Shown here one piece after another: positions 16,377 through 26,292 of a stretch of 34,294 bases of DNA. The notes beneath the pieces were generated by a model that saw only the letters and a program-made list of their open reading frames with translations, did not search any database and had not been told where the DNA came from. This DNA comes from an uncultured Oscillospiraceae bacterium (GTDB lineage: Bacteria; Bacillota; Clostridia; UMGS1883; UMGS1540), in contig CAZUVQ010000004.1 of NCBI GenBank assembly GCA_964623915.1, positions 1-34,294 on the forward strand, read 5' to 3'. The position numbers and the translations under genes were made by a program. Position 1 is the first letter of the stretch. Each line of letters starts with the position of its first letter.

Positions 16377-18986
16377 ATGAAAAGAAACTATGAAATTGTC
16401 GACAGTCCTGAAGCATTACAAAAATTGATGAATAAGATAAGAGCTGCTCAACGAGAGTTTGTATCATTTACTCAGGAACAGGTTGATGAAATTTTTAAAG
16501 CTGCGGCAATAGCTGCCAACAAGCAAAGGATTCCACTCGCAAAGATGGCCGCATCAGAGACGGGAATGGGTGTTGCAGAGGATAAGGTTATCAAAAATCA
16601 CTATGCTTCCGAATACATTTATAATGCATATAAAAATGTAAAAACGTGTGGTGTGATTGAGGAAGACAATGCATTCGGCATTAAAAAAATTGCAGAACCG
16701 ATTGGTTTGATTGCGGCTGTTATTCCAACAACAAATCCGACATCAACTGCGATTTTCAAAACTCTTATTGCATTAAAGACGAGAAATGGTATTATTTTAA
16801 GCCCACATCCAAGGGCAAAAAAATCAACAATTGAAGCTGCAAAAATTGTGCTTGAAGCAGCTATCGAAGCAGGCGCACCAAAGGATATTATAGGCTGGAT
16901 TGATGTTCCTTCCCTTGAACTTACCAATACAGTTATGAAGGAAGCTGACATAATTCTTGCCACAGGCGGACCGGGAATGGTTAAGGCTGCATACTCATCA
17001 GGAAAACCTGCAATTGGCGTAGGACCCGGTAATACACCTGCAATCATAGATGATTCTGCAGATATTATTCTTGCAGTAAACTCTATTATACACTCAAAAA
17101 CCTTTGATAATGGAATGATATGTGCTTCCGAACAGTCAGTTATTGTAATGCAAAGCGTATACGAAAAGGTTAAGAAGGAATTTATTGACCGTGGTTGTTA
17201 CTTTCTGAATATTGATGAAACAGAAAAAGTAAGAAAAATTATGATAATAAACGGAGCATTAAATGCAAAAATCGTAGGCCAGACAGCACATGCAATAGCA
17301 AAGCTGGCTGATATTGATGTTCCTGTAAACACTAAAATTTTAATCGGTGAAGTAAAAAGCGTTGATATATCAGAAGAATTTGCCCATGAAAAGCTATCAC
17401 CGGTCCTTGCTATGTATAAGGCAGCAGATTTTTCTGATGCCCTCTCAAAAGCTGAACACTTAATAGCAGACGGCGGATACGGACACACATCAAGTATTTA
17501 TATTGATACAATATCACAAAAAGATAAGCTCGCAGAGTTTTGTGAAAGGATGAAAACATGCCGTATTCTCGTAAATACCCCGTCTTCTCACGGAGGTATT
17601 GGTGACCTTTATAATTTCAAGCTTACACCGTCCTTAACACTTGGCTGTGGTTCATGGGGAGGAAACTCAGTCTCGGAAAATGTTGGAGCTTTGCATTTAT
17701 TAAATATAAAAACAGTTGCCGAGAGGAGAGAGAATATGCTTTGGTTCAGGACGCCCCAAAAGGTATATATTAAAAAAGGCTGTCTGCCTGTTGCACTTGA
17801 TGAGCTTAAAAATGTTTTGGGGAAGAAGAGGGTTTTCATTGTAACTGACTCATTCCTTTACAATAATGGTTATACTAAGCCAATCACAGAAAAGCTCGAT
17901 GAAATGGGAATAATGCATAAAACCTTCTCTGATGTTGCGCCTGACCCTTCGCTTGCAAGCGCAAAAAAAGGTGCCGCTGAAATGACTGCCTTTGAACCGG
18001 ATTGCATTATAGCGGTAGGCGGCGGCAGTGCAATGGATGCAGCTAAAATTATGTGGGTTATGTATGAACACCCCGAAGCTGATTTCATGGACATGGCAAT
18101 GCGTTTTATTGATATTAGAAAAAGAATTTACAATTTTCCGAAAATGGGCGAAAAAGCCTACTTCATAGCTGTTCCCACATCGGCAGGAACAGGTTCTGAG
18201 GTTACCCCGTTTGCAGTTATCACAGATGAAAAGACCGGTATTAAATATCCGCTTGCAGATTATGAGCTAATGCCAAATATGGCAATAGTTGATGCCGATA
18301 TGATGATGAATGCACCTAAAGGCTTAACGAGTGCTTCCGGTATTGATGCATTAACACATGCGCTTGAGGCGTATGCAGCAATGCTTGCAACTGACTATAC
18401 TGACGGCTTGGCACTGCGCTCCATAAAAATGATTTTTGAATATTTGCCAAGAGCATATGATAACGGCCCGAACGACCCTGTAGCACGCGAAAAAATGGCA
18501 AATGCGGCAACAATGGCAGGTATGGCATTTGCTAATGCTTTCTTAGGTGTATGCCACTCCATGGCACATAAGCTTGGTGCATTTCACCATTTGCCCCATG
18601 GAATTGCAAATGCTTTGATGATTTGCGAAGTAATGAGATTCAATGCTTCAGAAGCACCCACAAAGATGGGTACATTTTCGCAGTATGACCACCCGCATAC
18701 ACTCGCGCGCTATGCAGAGATAGCTGATTACCTTGGTATTCATGGCAAAAATAATCAAGAAAAGCTTGATAAACTCATAAAAGAAATTGATGCTCTTAAA
18801 GAAAAGGTTGGAATAAAAAAGACAATCAGAGATTATGGAATTGATGAAAAAGACTTTTTGAAAAACCTTGATGAAATGACTGACCAGGCATTTGATGACC
18901 AGTGCACAGGGGCAAACCCAAGGTACCCACTCATGAGTGAAATAAAGGAAATGTATCTTAAAGTTTATTACGGAGGTGCAAAGTAA
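16377..18986 (+). CDS. adhE: Bifunctional acetaldehyde-CoA/alcohol dehydrogenase
   Basis: 869 aa. N-terminal aldehyde dehydrogenase half (catalytic MICASEQS) and C-terminal iron-containing ADH half (GGGSAMDAAK, His-rich metal site HSMAHKLG..HH.PHG). Confidence 0.95.
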   Translation: MKRNYEIVDSPEALQKLMNKIRAAQREFVSFTQEQVDEIFKAAAIAANKQRIPLAKMAASETGMGVAEDKVIKNHYASEYIYNAYKNVKTCGVIEEDNAFGIKKIAEPIGLIAAVIPTTNPTSTAIFKTLIALKTRNGIILSPHPRAKKSTIEAAKIVLEAAIEAGAPKDIIGWIDVPSLELTNTVMKEADIILATGGPGMVKAAYSSGKPAIGVGPGNTPAIIDDSADIILAVNSIIHSKTFDNGMICASEQSVIVMQSVYEKVKKEFIDRGCYFLNIDETEKVRKIMIINGALNAKIVGQTAHAIAKLADIDVPVNTKILIGEVKSVDISEEFAHEKLSPVLAMYKAADFSDALSKAEHLIADGGYGHTSSIYIDTISQKDKLAEFCERMKTCRILVNTPSSHGGIGDLYNFKLTPSLTLGCGSWGGNSVSENVGALHLLNIKTVAERRENMLWFRTPQKVYIKKGCLPVALDELKNVLGKKRVFIVTDSFLYNNGYTKPITEKLDEMGIMHKTFSDVAPDPSLASAKKGAAEMTAFEPDCIIAVGGGSAMDAAKIMWVMYEHPEADFMDMAMRFIDIRKRIYNFPKMGEKAYFIAVPTSAGTGSEVTPFAVITDEKTGIKYPLADYELMPNMAIVDADMMMNAPKGLTSASGIDALTHALEAYAAMLATDYTDGLALRSIKMIFEYLPRAYDNGPNDPVAREKMANAATMAGMAFANAFLGVCHSMAHKLGAFHHLPHGIANALMICEVMRFNASEAPTKMGTFSQYDHPHTLARYAEIADYLGIHGKNNQEKLDKLIKEIDALKEKVGIKKTIRDYGIDEKDFLKNLDEMTDQAFDDQCTGANPRYPLMSEIKEMYLKVYYGGAK

Positions 18987-19735
18987 TGAAATGTGATAAT
19001 ATTATTGCCAAGAGACCATTTAAAACTGTTTACAGAGACAATAATAAGGTTATCAAACTGTTTGATAAAAGCTTTTCAAAATCAGATGTTTTAAATGAGG
19101 CGTTAAATCAGGCAAGGATTGAGGAAACAGGGCTGCTTGTACCAAAGCTTTTAAATGTTTCAAACAACGACGGTAAGTGGGCGATTGAATCTGAATTCAT
19201 TGAGGGAAAAACTCTGGAAATGCTCATGGAGGAAAACCCTGAAAAAATGGATGAATACATTGAATTATTTGTAGATATCCAGATTTCTGTGCATGACAAA
19301 AAGGCACCGCTTTTAAATAAGCTAAAGGATAAAATGCACAGAAAAATACTTGAAACAGATCTTGATGCTACAATATGTTATGAGCTTTGTACAAGGCTTG
19401 AGAGTATGCCAAAGCATAAAAAAGTATGCCACGGTGATTTTAATCCGAGTAATATTATATTATCGGAAAACGGTAAGACTTATATTCTTGACTGGGCACA
19501 TGCGACACAAGGTAATGCAAGCGCAGATGTGGCACAGACTTATCTTTTGTTTTCCATTGCCGGAAAAGGTGACATTGCCGAAAAATACTTAAATTTATTC
19601 TGTAAAAAAACAGATACACCAAAAAAATATGTACAACAATGGATTCCCATTGTAGCAGCCTCACAGTTGTCTTTAAAAAAGAAAAATCAAGAAGATTTTC
19701 TGATGCACTGGATTGACGTTGTGGAGTACGAATAA
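18986..19735 (+). CDS. APH/choline-kinase-fold phosphotransferase (small kinase-like protein, substrate unknown)
   Basis: TAATG overlap with the adhE stop, and GGAGGTG RBS inside the adhE 3' end. VIKLF (ATP-binding Lys), catalytic loop HGDFNPSNIIL, metal-binding ILDW. Confidence 0.75.
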   Translation: MKCDNIIAKRPFKTVYRDNNKVIKLFDKSFSKSDVLNEALNQARIEETGLLVPKLLNVSNNDGKWAIESEFIEGKTLEMLMEENPEKMDEYIELFVDIQISVHDKKAPLLNKLKDKMHRKILETDLDATICYELCTRLESMPKHKKVCHGDFNPSNIILSENGKTYILDWAHATQGNASADVAQTYLLFSIAGKGDIAEKYLNLFCKKTDTPKKYVQQWIPIVAASQLSLKKKNQEDFLMHWIDVVEYE

Positions 19736-19742
19736 ATTGTTT

Positions 19743-19777
19743 AAAAAAACCTTGCAGCCGTGGCTGCAAGGTTTTTT
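19743..19777. terminator. Bidirectional rho-independent terminator between the convergent kinase and SLH genes
   Basis: AAAAAAACCTTGCAG-ccgtgg-CTGCAAGGTTTTTT, with an A-tract on one side and a T-tract on the other. Confidence 0.8.
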
Positions 19778-19794
19778 ATTCTAAAAATATTCTA

Positions 19795-21612
19795 TTATGG
19801 AAGTATTACAATTGTTGAAGCAACAAAAGCACCCATATCCATGTAGCCGGTGACAGTTGCATTCATGTTTTGCTTCAGAGCGGTTGTTGATACTTCTTTT
19901 CTTCCTACGCTGTCATAAATCTTAATTGTATTACTCTTAAAGAATACCTGTGTTGATACCAATTTACCGTTAGATTCCGTTGAGTCAAGAATAAAGAAGC
20001 CGTAAGCACCGTTGAGAATTGAAATCCTTCCTGTCAATGCAGAAGCAACGGTGGGGGAAGATGATGTAACTTTTGTTACAGTTTCCCCTTCAATAGCAAC
20101 TGTTACAGTTCCGTTTAATCTCAAATCATAAATAGTAGCCTCAATACCGTCAATTTCATAAAGTGCATCTCTTGAAAGACTGTATGTTGCGTTTTTACCA
20201 TCACTTTTAATTGTAATAGTTGGTTGAACAGCAATTTTTATTTCTTCAATAGTACCTGTATCTTTAAAGCTTGAGCTTGTAGCCTTGATAGAGGAAATCT
20301 GATTATATGTAAGCGTCATATTTACCTTATCACCGATTAATACATCACTTGTACTAACTGTTTTAGCGTTTCGCTCAACGGTAACTTCATCTGCAAAAGC
20401 ATATTGTTCTGTTTCGCCACTGCTCAATTCAACAAAAAGCAATACTTCTGGAGATAATACAATATTAGACACAGTACCAACAACAGTTGTTTGCCTTGGA
20501 GCTGCATTTATTACCATAACTTCACCATCTTTTAGATGAAGCTCAACATAAGTTCCTGCTTTTATACTTGAAAGAGAGCTTGCAGATTTACTGTATGTAA
20601 CAGAAACATTCTGTGAAACAGGAAACTCTAAAGCTTGTGAACTGCCTATTTCTTGAACCTTTATTTTTGAGCCTTTTGTTGCAGTAGATACGGAGGTTAC
20701 AGCACCTACAAAGATTTCATCACCTTTAATTGTAATGGCATCTATCTTGTATATATCAGAGCCCCTTTTTGTAATACAAATAATTGATTTTGGTGCTATG
20801 TCATTAACGGACGATAAATAACCGTCTATATAAACCTTCGTATCGGCTTTTGACAATACCGAAACTCCATTAGAATTACCGTCATAATCTGTATACATTA
20901 CGGTTCCTGCGTTAATTTTGTCAACAACTGCATATGTTCTCGTCTCATCGAGGGCATCTCTCATTCTGTAAAGCATTACAGCCATCTGAGCCCTTGTTAC
21001 TTTGTACAAAGGAACAAATTCAGTTGGCGTCATACCCTGCATGAGACCCTTTGAATATACGTAATTTACATAAGGCTTTGATGCCGCCGGTATATCGGCA
21101 CTGTCCTTATATACAGTAGGTGATGTGAGCGTTTCTGCCTCTGACACGGCATTCATTGCCTTAGTCATTAACGTGGCAACCTCATATCTTTTAAGAGCCA
21201 CATCAGAATTATCCTCGCTGATATATATAGACAGCTCACTGGTGGAAAGAACACCCTTATAAATAAGATAACATATTTCGCTGACATATTCTTGATTGTA
21301 TTCACTTACGATATCACCGTACAATTCAAATGCAATATCAATAAAATCTCCTGCATCATCATCAATAAAACCGAGAATTCTCGAGCAAAGAAGAAGTGCC
21401 TGAATTTTTGTTACAGAATCCTCCGGAGCAAATATTTTATTGTTGTAGCCTTTAATAATTCCAAGCTCAGCCATTTCTTCTATCTGTGTTTTTGCCCAGG
21501 AATACTCATTGCTTGTAACATCATCAAATGCTTTGGCAGCCGAAACCGATACTGTCAGCATGGATGCGAGAAATGCGAAAGATAATAATATCGATATAAA
21601 CTTTTTAAACAA
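19795..21612 (-). CDS. Secreted SLH-domain cell-surface protein
   Basis: Signal peptide MFKKFISILLSFAFLASMLTVSVSAAKA, then SLH repeats (FDDVTSNEYSWAKTQIEEMAELGIIKGY...; ...VTRAQMAVMLYRM) and a long beta-rich C-terminal region. I prefer the TTG at 21612, 8 nt from AGGAG, over the track GTG at 21621, which abuts the RBS. Confidence 0.8.
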   Translation of the reverse strand: MFKKFISILLSFAFLASMLTVSVSAAKAFDDVTSNEYSWAKTQIEEMAELGIIKGYNNKIFAPEDSVTKIQALLLCSRILGFIDDDAGDFIDIAFELYGDIVSEYNQEYVSEICYLIYKGVLSTSELSIYISEDNSDVALKRYEVATLMTKAMNAVSEAETLTSPTVYKDSADIPAASKPYVNYVYSKGLMQGMTPTEFVPLYKVTRAQMAVMLYRMRDALDETRTYAVVDKINAGTVMYTDYDGNSNGVSVLSKADTKVYIDGYLSSVNDIAPKSIICITKRGSDIYKIDAITIKGDEIFVGAVTSVSTATKGSKIKVQEIGSSQALEFPVSQNVSVTYSKSASSLSSIKAGTYVELHLKDGEVMVINAAPRQTTVVGTVSNIVLSPEVLLFVELSSGETEQYAFADEVTVERNAKTVSTSDVLIGDKVNMTLTYNQISSIKATSSSFKDTGTIEEIKIAVQPTITIKSDGKNATYSLSRDALYEIDGIEATIYDLRLNGTVTVAIEGETVTKVTSSSPTVASALTGRISILNGAYGFFILDSTESNGKLVSTQVFFKSNTIKIYDSVGRKEVSTTALKQNMNATVTGYMDMGAFVASTIVILP

Positions 21613-21714
21613 AGCTATCACTCCTATATATTATAGTAATTATATAATACCACAATATTTTGTATAGTTCAACATTTTTTTTACTTTTTTAGCATATTTT
21701 TAAAGTTAAAAGCA

Positions 21715-21743
21715 TTGACTGAATAATAGAAAACTGGTATACT
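21715..21743 (+). promoter_or_regulatory. Sigma-A promoter with extended -10 for the HAD hydrolase gene
   Basis: TTGACT (21715-21720), 17-nt spacer ending TGG, TATACT (21738-21743). Confidence 0.5.
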
Positions 21744-21772
21744 CATAATAACAAAAATAAAGGATGAATAAA

Positions 21773-22327
21773 ATGAATGCATTTGATTTTGACAAAACTA
21801 TATATAATGGTGACAGTTCAATTGATTTTTATATATTCTGTGTAATGCGGCATCCCTCAATTATTAAATATCTGCCCATTCAGTCATTGGCATATTTCAA
21901 ATGCTTATTTGGGATGATAACAAAGACGAAAATGAAGGAGGTCTTTTACAGATACTTTGAAGGCTTAAAAGATATTGATAATGAGGTTGACGTGTTTTGG
22001 GGAAATAACATGCACAAAATTAAAAAATGGTATAAAGAAATGAAAAAAGAGGACGATGTAATAATATCGGCTTCACCTTATTTTTATCTAAAGCCTTTGT
22101 GCGATAAGCTTGGTATAAAGTATCTTTTAGCATCTGATGTAGATAAAAAAAGCGGCAAATACAAAGGGCTTAATTGTTGGGGAGAGGAAAAACCTAAAAA
22201 ATTCAAAGAACAATTTCCAAGCATTGTTTTGGAAAATTTTTATTCTGATTCCTATTGCGATACTCCTATGGCTAAAATCTCAAAAAAGGCATTTATTGTT
22301 AAAGGTGACAATATTTTAAAATGGTAA
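21773..22327 (+). CDS. HAD-superfamily (subfamily IB-like) phosphatase/hydrolase
   Basis: N-terminal DxD motif in FDFDKTIY, later ISASP and a C-terminal SDSYCD motif. ATG 21773 is better spaced from AAAGGA than the track ATG at 21764. Confidence 0.7.
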   Translation: MNAFDFDKTIYNGDSSIDFYIFCVMRHPSIIKYLPIQSLAYFKCLFGMITKTKMKEVFYRYFEGLKDIDNEVDVFWGNNMHKIKKWYKEMKKEDDVIISASPYFYLKPLCDKLGIKYLLASDVDKKSGKYKGLNCWGEEKPKKFKEQFPSIVLENFYSDSYCDTPMAKISKKAFIVKGDNILKW

Positions 22328-22392
22328 AAATATTGAATAATTGACCCAAATTTACTTAAACTATTACTAAAAGCTCGAACGGAGATTACTAT

Positions 22393-23745
22393 ATGAAGTT
22401 TTTTGATAAATTTGGTTCTCATAACAAAATACTGAAATATTTTTTGATAGCAGTTGTGGTGACAGCTTTTGCCGTGCTGTTTTTTTCTACCAGAAAATAC
22501 TATACAATTGTGCAAAAGTACAGATATGATACGGTAAACAAGTATAAAAGGGAGATAAGTGAACTTATAACTGAAGTTGAAGGAATTAGTGATAATCTAT
22601 ATAAAGCATATTTGTGTGAGGATAATTGCCAGACGGCAAAAGTGGTAAGCGGCATTTATTCTGATACGGCATTTGCGGCGTCATCATTAAATAATTTACC
22701 TTCTGATAGCGGAATTCTTGAAAACTGTGTAAAATTTGTAAATCAAGTGGGCGATTATTCGGCATCATCCGCTTTAAAGGTTTTGGATGAAAAAAAACTA
22801 ACTGATGAAGAGAGAAAAACATTTTTAGATTTCGCTAAGTACTCCGAAAGTCTTTTAGAATCTTTGGTTAATTTATCAGATAACATAAATGCCGGCCATA
22901 CTGATTTGAGCGTGTTTGCCAATATCAGTTATAAGGAAAACCCATTTAAAGATACATTCAGCTCAATTAAAGAAAGTTTTGGTGATTATGAATCTCCAAA
23001 ATATGACGGTAAATATTCGGGTAGCTTAAAAAAGCCGGCTGATTTTACAGGGCATTCATCAATAACGGCAGAAAATACAATTAATATTGTAAATGAAAAG
23101 ATGGGGCAAAATATTACGGATTATAATATATATGAATCGCAAACCGATACCGCCGGAAAGCTTTTTAATATAACATTTAAAAATAGTATTGGAAATGAGA
23201 TTTATGCAGCAGTAACAGAGAAGGCAGGCGTTATAATAAGCTATGATTCACAAAGGATACCAACAGCTACAAATTATGAATTAAATGATGCGATAGAGGC
23301 GGCAAAAAAATATGTCACAAGCAATGGGTTTTCAGATTTTAGTGTATACGAATATGAAATTTATGAAAATATCGCCACTGTTTTTTTGGCTGATAAAGAA
23401 AAAGATGTAATTTATTATCCGGCAACAGTTAAATTGAAAGTTGCTCTTGATAACCTTGAAATCCTATATATTGATTACAGCGGTTATCTGAATATGCTAA
23501 ACAACAAAACTAATTTAACGCATAATTATACTGATGAGGAAGTTCGTGAAAAGCTATCGAATTACAGTGTTTCTGAAATAAACAAGGCAGTAATTTCCGA
23601 CAGCTATAAATACGATTATCCTGTTTATGAAGCAAAAGTAAGCTTAAATGATAAAAAATTTCTTATTTATCTCAGTGGAGAGAATTTAAAGCAAGAAGGT
23701 ATTTCAATAGTAACTGAGAATAATTTATCAAGATATGTGCAATAA
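22393..23745 (+). CDS. ypeB: Spore germination protein YpeB
   Basis: 450 aa with an N-terminal TM anchor. The block LNNLP...FVNQVGDYSASSALKVLDEKKLTDEE parallels B. subtilis YpeB (VSQLP...FLSKIGDFSYRTAVRDLDKKPLDKNE). The C-terminal PepSY-like block YPATVKLKVALDNLEI parallels YPEAIRMKVALDDGEV. Confidence 0.8.
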   Translation: MKFFDKFGSHNKILKYFLIAVVVTAFAVLFFSTRKYYTIVQKYRYDTVNKYKREISELITEVEGISDNLYKAYLCEDNCQTAKVVSGIYSDTAFAASSLNNLPSDSGILENCVKFVNQVGDYSASSALKVLDEKKLTDEERKTFLDFAKYSESLLESLVNLSDNINAGHTDLSVFANISYKENPFKDTFSSIKESFGDYESPKYDGKYSGSLKKPADFTGHSSITAENTINIVNEKMGQNITDYNIYESQTDTAGKLFNITFKNSIGNEIYAAVTEKAGVIISYDSQRIPTATNYELNDAIEAAKKYVTSNGFSDFSVYEYEIYENIATVFLADKEKDVIYYPATVKLKVALDNLEILYIDYSGYLNMLNNKTNLTHNYTDEEVREKLSNYSVSEINKAVISDSYKYDYPVYEAKVSLNDKKFLIYLSGENLKQEGISIVTENNLSRYVQ

Positions 23746-23819
23746 AACCTCTTATATTACGTGATTTAGTGGTTAGAATAATAGTGTGCACAAAAATAAT
23801 ATTTAAGGAGCCCACCACA

Positions 23820-23984
23820 ATGTCACGAAGAGGCAGAATGAGCGAGAAGTTAAAAGAAGAAATCGCGAAAGAGCTTGGTGTATATGAAAAAGTAAAAAGG
23901 GACAACGGTTGGGGAGATGTATCCTCAAGGGACTGCGGAAATATTGTTACAAAAGCTATCGAGATAGCAGAACGAAATGTTTAA
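23820..23984 (+). CDS. Alpha/beta-type small acid-soluble spore protein (54 aa)
   Basis: ATG 23820 follows AAGGAG. KLKEEIAKELGV and SSRDCGNIVTKAIEIAE match the two conserved SASP helices. The track start at 23769 has no RBS. Confidence 0.85.
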   Translation: MSRRGRMSEKLKEEIAKELGVYEKVKRDNGWGDVSSRDCGNIVTKAIEIAERNV

Positions 23985-24009
23985 AAAGAGGGCTTAATGC
24001 CCTCTTTTT
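23984..24009. terminator. Bidirectional terminator between the SASP gene and the convergent SLH gene
   Basis: AAAAGAGGGC-ttaat-GCCCTCTTTT, flanked by A and T tracts. Confidence 0.85.
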
Positions 24010-24012
24010 AAA

Positions 24013-26271
24013 CTATTTTATAGCTTTTTCTGCAACAATAACTCTGATTTTTCCGCCCGACGAAGCTTCCTTGTCCATGTAAGCTGTTAATTTGTATCCA
24101 TTTTTCAGTTTTTCAAGCTCACTGCTGTTTGTAACAGTGTAATCAAAACTGCTGCCTTTTACGTAAATAAGTGTATCTGTAGTTATACTATAAGCTTTGT
24201 TATCTATTAGAACGCTTGATTCTGTCACAGTGGTAATTATGCCTTTTTTAGGCAGTGCCACAATGCTTTCCGGCACCTGAGTGCTGCCCTTCTTAATTTT
24301 AACCGGCATACCTGCACCCACTGAAAAATAAGAGTTCATTGTATTTATTGATTTTGAAACTGTACCGTCAAAATATGTGTATGCACCGCTTATATTCATT
24401 CCCATGGAATTTGACTGGGCACTTGTGACAAGCCCGTAAGTAAACAAATCGCCTGTTACATCTTCAAAAATTATCTTTGAAATTTTGTTTTCGTCATTGA
24501 ATTCTATGTTTTTAATTTGTTTTTTTTCTATATAACAACCTTCAAGCCTTTGGGGATATACAGTATTATATATGGATGTACCGTTTGAGTCAAAGCTTGT
24601 CAAAACTTCTAAAATCTGAATATTATTATCAATTTTGTGTTTTGAAAATGCTTTTCCGGAATAACTGAATGTTCCGCCGCTTGATGTATTATTTTGTGTA
24701 TCGGTGACACGGGCATAACCGTTGTCAAGGCTCACAGAAACCACCTGAAATTTATATTGTTCATAGTCCTTTGAGGCTTTGAATTCATTTATCTCACCGT
24801 CTGCAGCGACAACAGAAATGTAATTTGCGGTGTATTTATTCTTATTATTATCAGTATATTCCTTGATGCCTGTATCAATAAGATATCCTATCATCGAGTA
24901 TTTTTGCGTGTTTTCAAGTGCTACACCTGCCGCACCGCTGTCTTTACCAAGCAGCAGAGTTATTGTGTCACCGAATTTATAAGGGCCGTTTGAAGACAAA
25001 GCATCATATGCATCCGAGCCTTCAATGGCAAAGGTTTTACCTGAAACAGTGACAGATGAAGGTGTATTTTTATTTGGCGATGCGCCTTCATATATTCCCG
25101 TAACAGTGTCATTGTAACACCAAATTGTATTTAATGTATCGGAATAATAAATCACGTCATTTACAGTTACATCAGAGAAATCTGCTCTTGAGCCTTTTCT
25201 CATAACAATCGCATCATTGTCTATTTTATAAGTTGACATCCAGTTTTGATTTTTAACAATATAAGGGCCGCTAAGGTCAGACGAGCTGACAGTGATATAA
25301 TCTATTGTTCCGTCAGCATTTTCTGTAATATCTACGGTATAACCGATATCAAGCTGACTTCTTATATTTCCGACAGTAGTTGGTTGTCCGTTGAAGTAAG
25401 CAGTTTCGTCAGATGATAAATCAAGAGGTGTCAGCTTGCCGTTTTTATAAACGATAATGCTGTTTCCTATGACAGAATATACATTATAAGTATTTTTGGC
25501 AACTGAGCCGGACGAAAAAGCTATTACCGTATTGTTATCAACGAGCAAATCACCTTTATATCCAACATTATTTTCATCAAAATCATTTTTAATTATAAAG
25601 CTGCCGGCAGATGTGCTTACATATCCGTCACGAACTGCTTTATCTGTGCTATTCGTAGCTATTATAACAGCATCTTCATAAAGGGTAAAGCCAAGTTTAT
25701 TGATATATTTCGCCGTACTGCCTGAAATGTTTTTGTCAAGCATATTAAAGAGCATATACGCAACATCACCACGGGTTACAAGCTCTCCAATATTTTTATT
25801 TGTACCGTCGGTGATACCCTGAGATTTTGCGGCAGATACCTGACCATGTGGCCATGAATACTGATACAAATCATCGCTGTATCCTAAAAGCCTCATAACT
25901 ACTGTAATTGATTCCTCATATGTTATGTTGTTTTCAGGTCTGAAGGTGCCGTCAATATAACCTGACAGATATTTATTTGAAGCTGCTGCAAAAACATAGG
26001 GGGCATACCATGAATTATAAGAAACATCTGTAAAGGGTGATACTTTCAGAACGGAAGAAACAGTGTTCCTATTCTCAGACAGGGCAACTGCCATTTTTAC
26101 AAATTCTGCTCTTGTTACATATCGGTCAAGCCCAAGCTCGCCTCCGCCGTAACCTTCTAAAGAACCAAGCTCTTGTAATACTACAAATTTTGTGTTTTCA
26201 CTATATGCGTATGCAGTTAAACCTGACATCATAATGATAAACAGCAGTACGCAAATTATTTTTTTACTCAT
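24013..26271 (-). CDS. Secreted SLH-domain cell-surface protein (752 aa), last gene of the adaptor/ABC operon
   Basis: Signal peptide MSKKIICVLLFIIMMSGLTAYA, then SLH repeats (YVTRAEFVKMAVAL; FTDVSYNSWYAPYVFAAASNKYLSGYIDGTFRP; VTRGDVAYMLFNML) and about 570 aa that look beta-rich. RBS GGAAAGGA. Only 21 nt downstream of the permease stop, with no terminator between. Confidence 0.8.
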   Translation of the reverse strand: MSKKIICVLLFIIMMSGLTAYAYSENTKFVVLQELGSLEGYGGGELGLDRYVTRAEFVKMAVALSENRNTVSSVLKVSPFTDVSYNSWYAPYVFAAASNKYLSGYIDGTFRPENNITYEESITVVMRLLGYSDDLYQYSWPHGQVSAAKSQGITDGTNKNIGELVTRGDVAYMLFNMLDKNISGSTAKYINKLGFTLYEDAVIIATNSTDKAVRDGYVSTSAGSFIIKNDFDENNVGYKGDLLVDNNTVIAFSSGSVAKNTYNVYSVIGNSIIVYKNGKLTPLDLSSDETAYFNGQPTTVGNIRSQLDIGYTVDITENADGTIDYITVSSSDLSGPYIVKNQNWMSTYKIDNDAIVMRKGSRADFSDVTVNDVIYYSDTLNTIWCYNDTVTGIYEGASPNKNTPSSVTVSGKTFAIEGSDAYDALSSNGPYKFGDTITLLLGKDSGAAGVALENTQKYSMIGYLIDTGIKEYTDNNKNKYTANYISVVAADGEINEFKASKDYEQYKFQVVSVSLDNGYARVTDTQNNTSSGGTFSYSGKAFSKHKIDNNIQILEVLTSFDSNGTSIYNTVYPQRLEGCYIEKKQIKNIEFNDENKISKIIFEDVTGDLFTYGLVTSAQSNSMGMNISGAYTYFDGTVSKSINTMNSYFSVGAGMPVKIKKGSTQVPESIVALPKKGIITTVTESSVLIDNKAYSITTDTLIYVKGSSFDYTVTNSSELEKLKNGYKLTAYMDKEASSGGKIRVIVAEKAIK

Positions 26272-26292
26272 TTTTTTATCCTTTCCAATGGT

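Noticed and set aside
16619-18528. Several antisense ORFs inside adhE (16619-17047, 17198-17488, 17609-17839, 17850-18094, 18316-18528)
   Set aside because: All lie inside the highly conserved adhE reading frame. None has an RBS or a recognisable motif.
23746-23819. Attempt to call a sigma-G promoter upstream of the SASP gene (GAATA at 23776-23780)
   Set aside because: No CATnnTA-type -10 element lies at the required 17-18 nt spacing. Any call here would be guesswork in AT-rich DNA.
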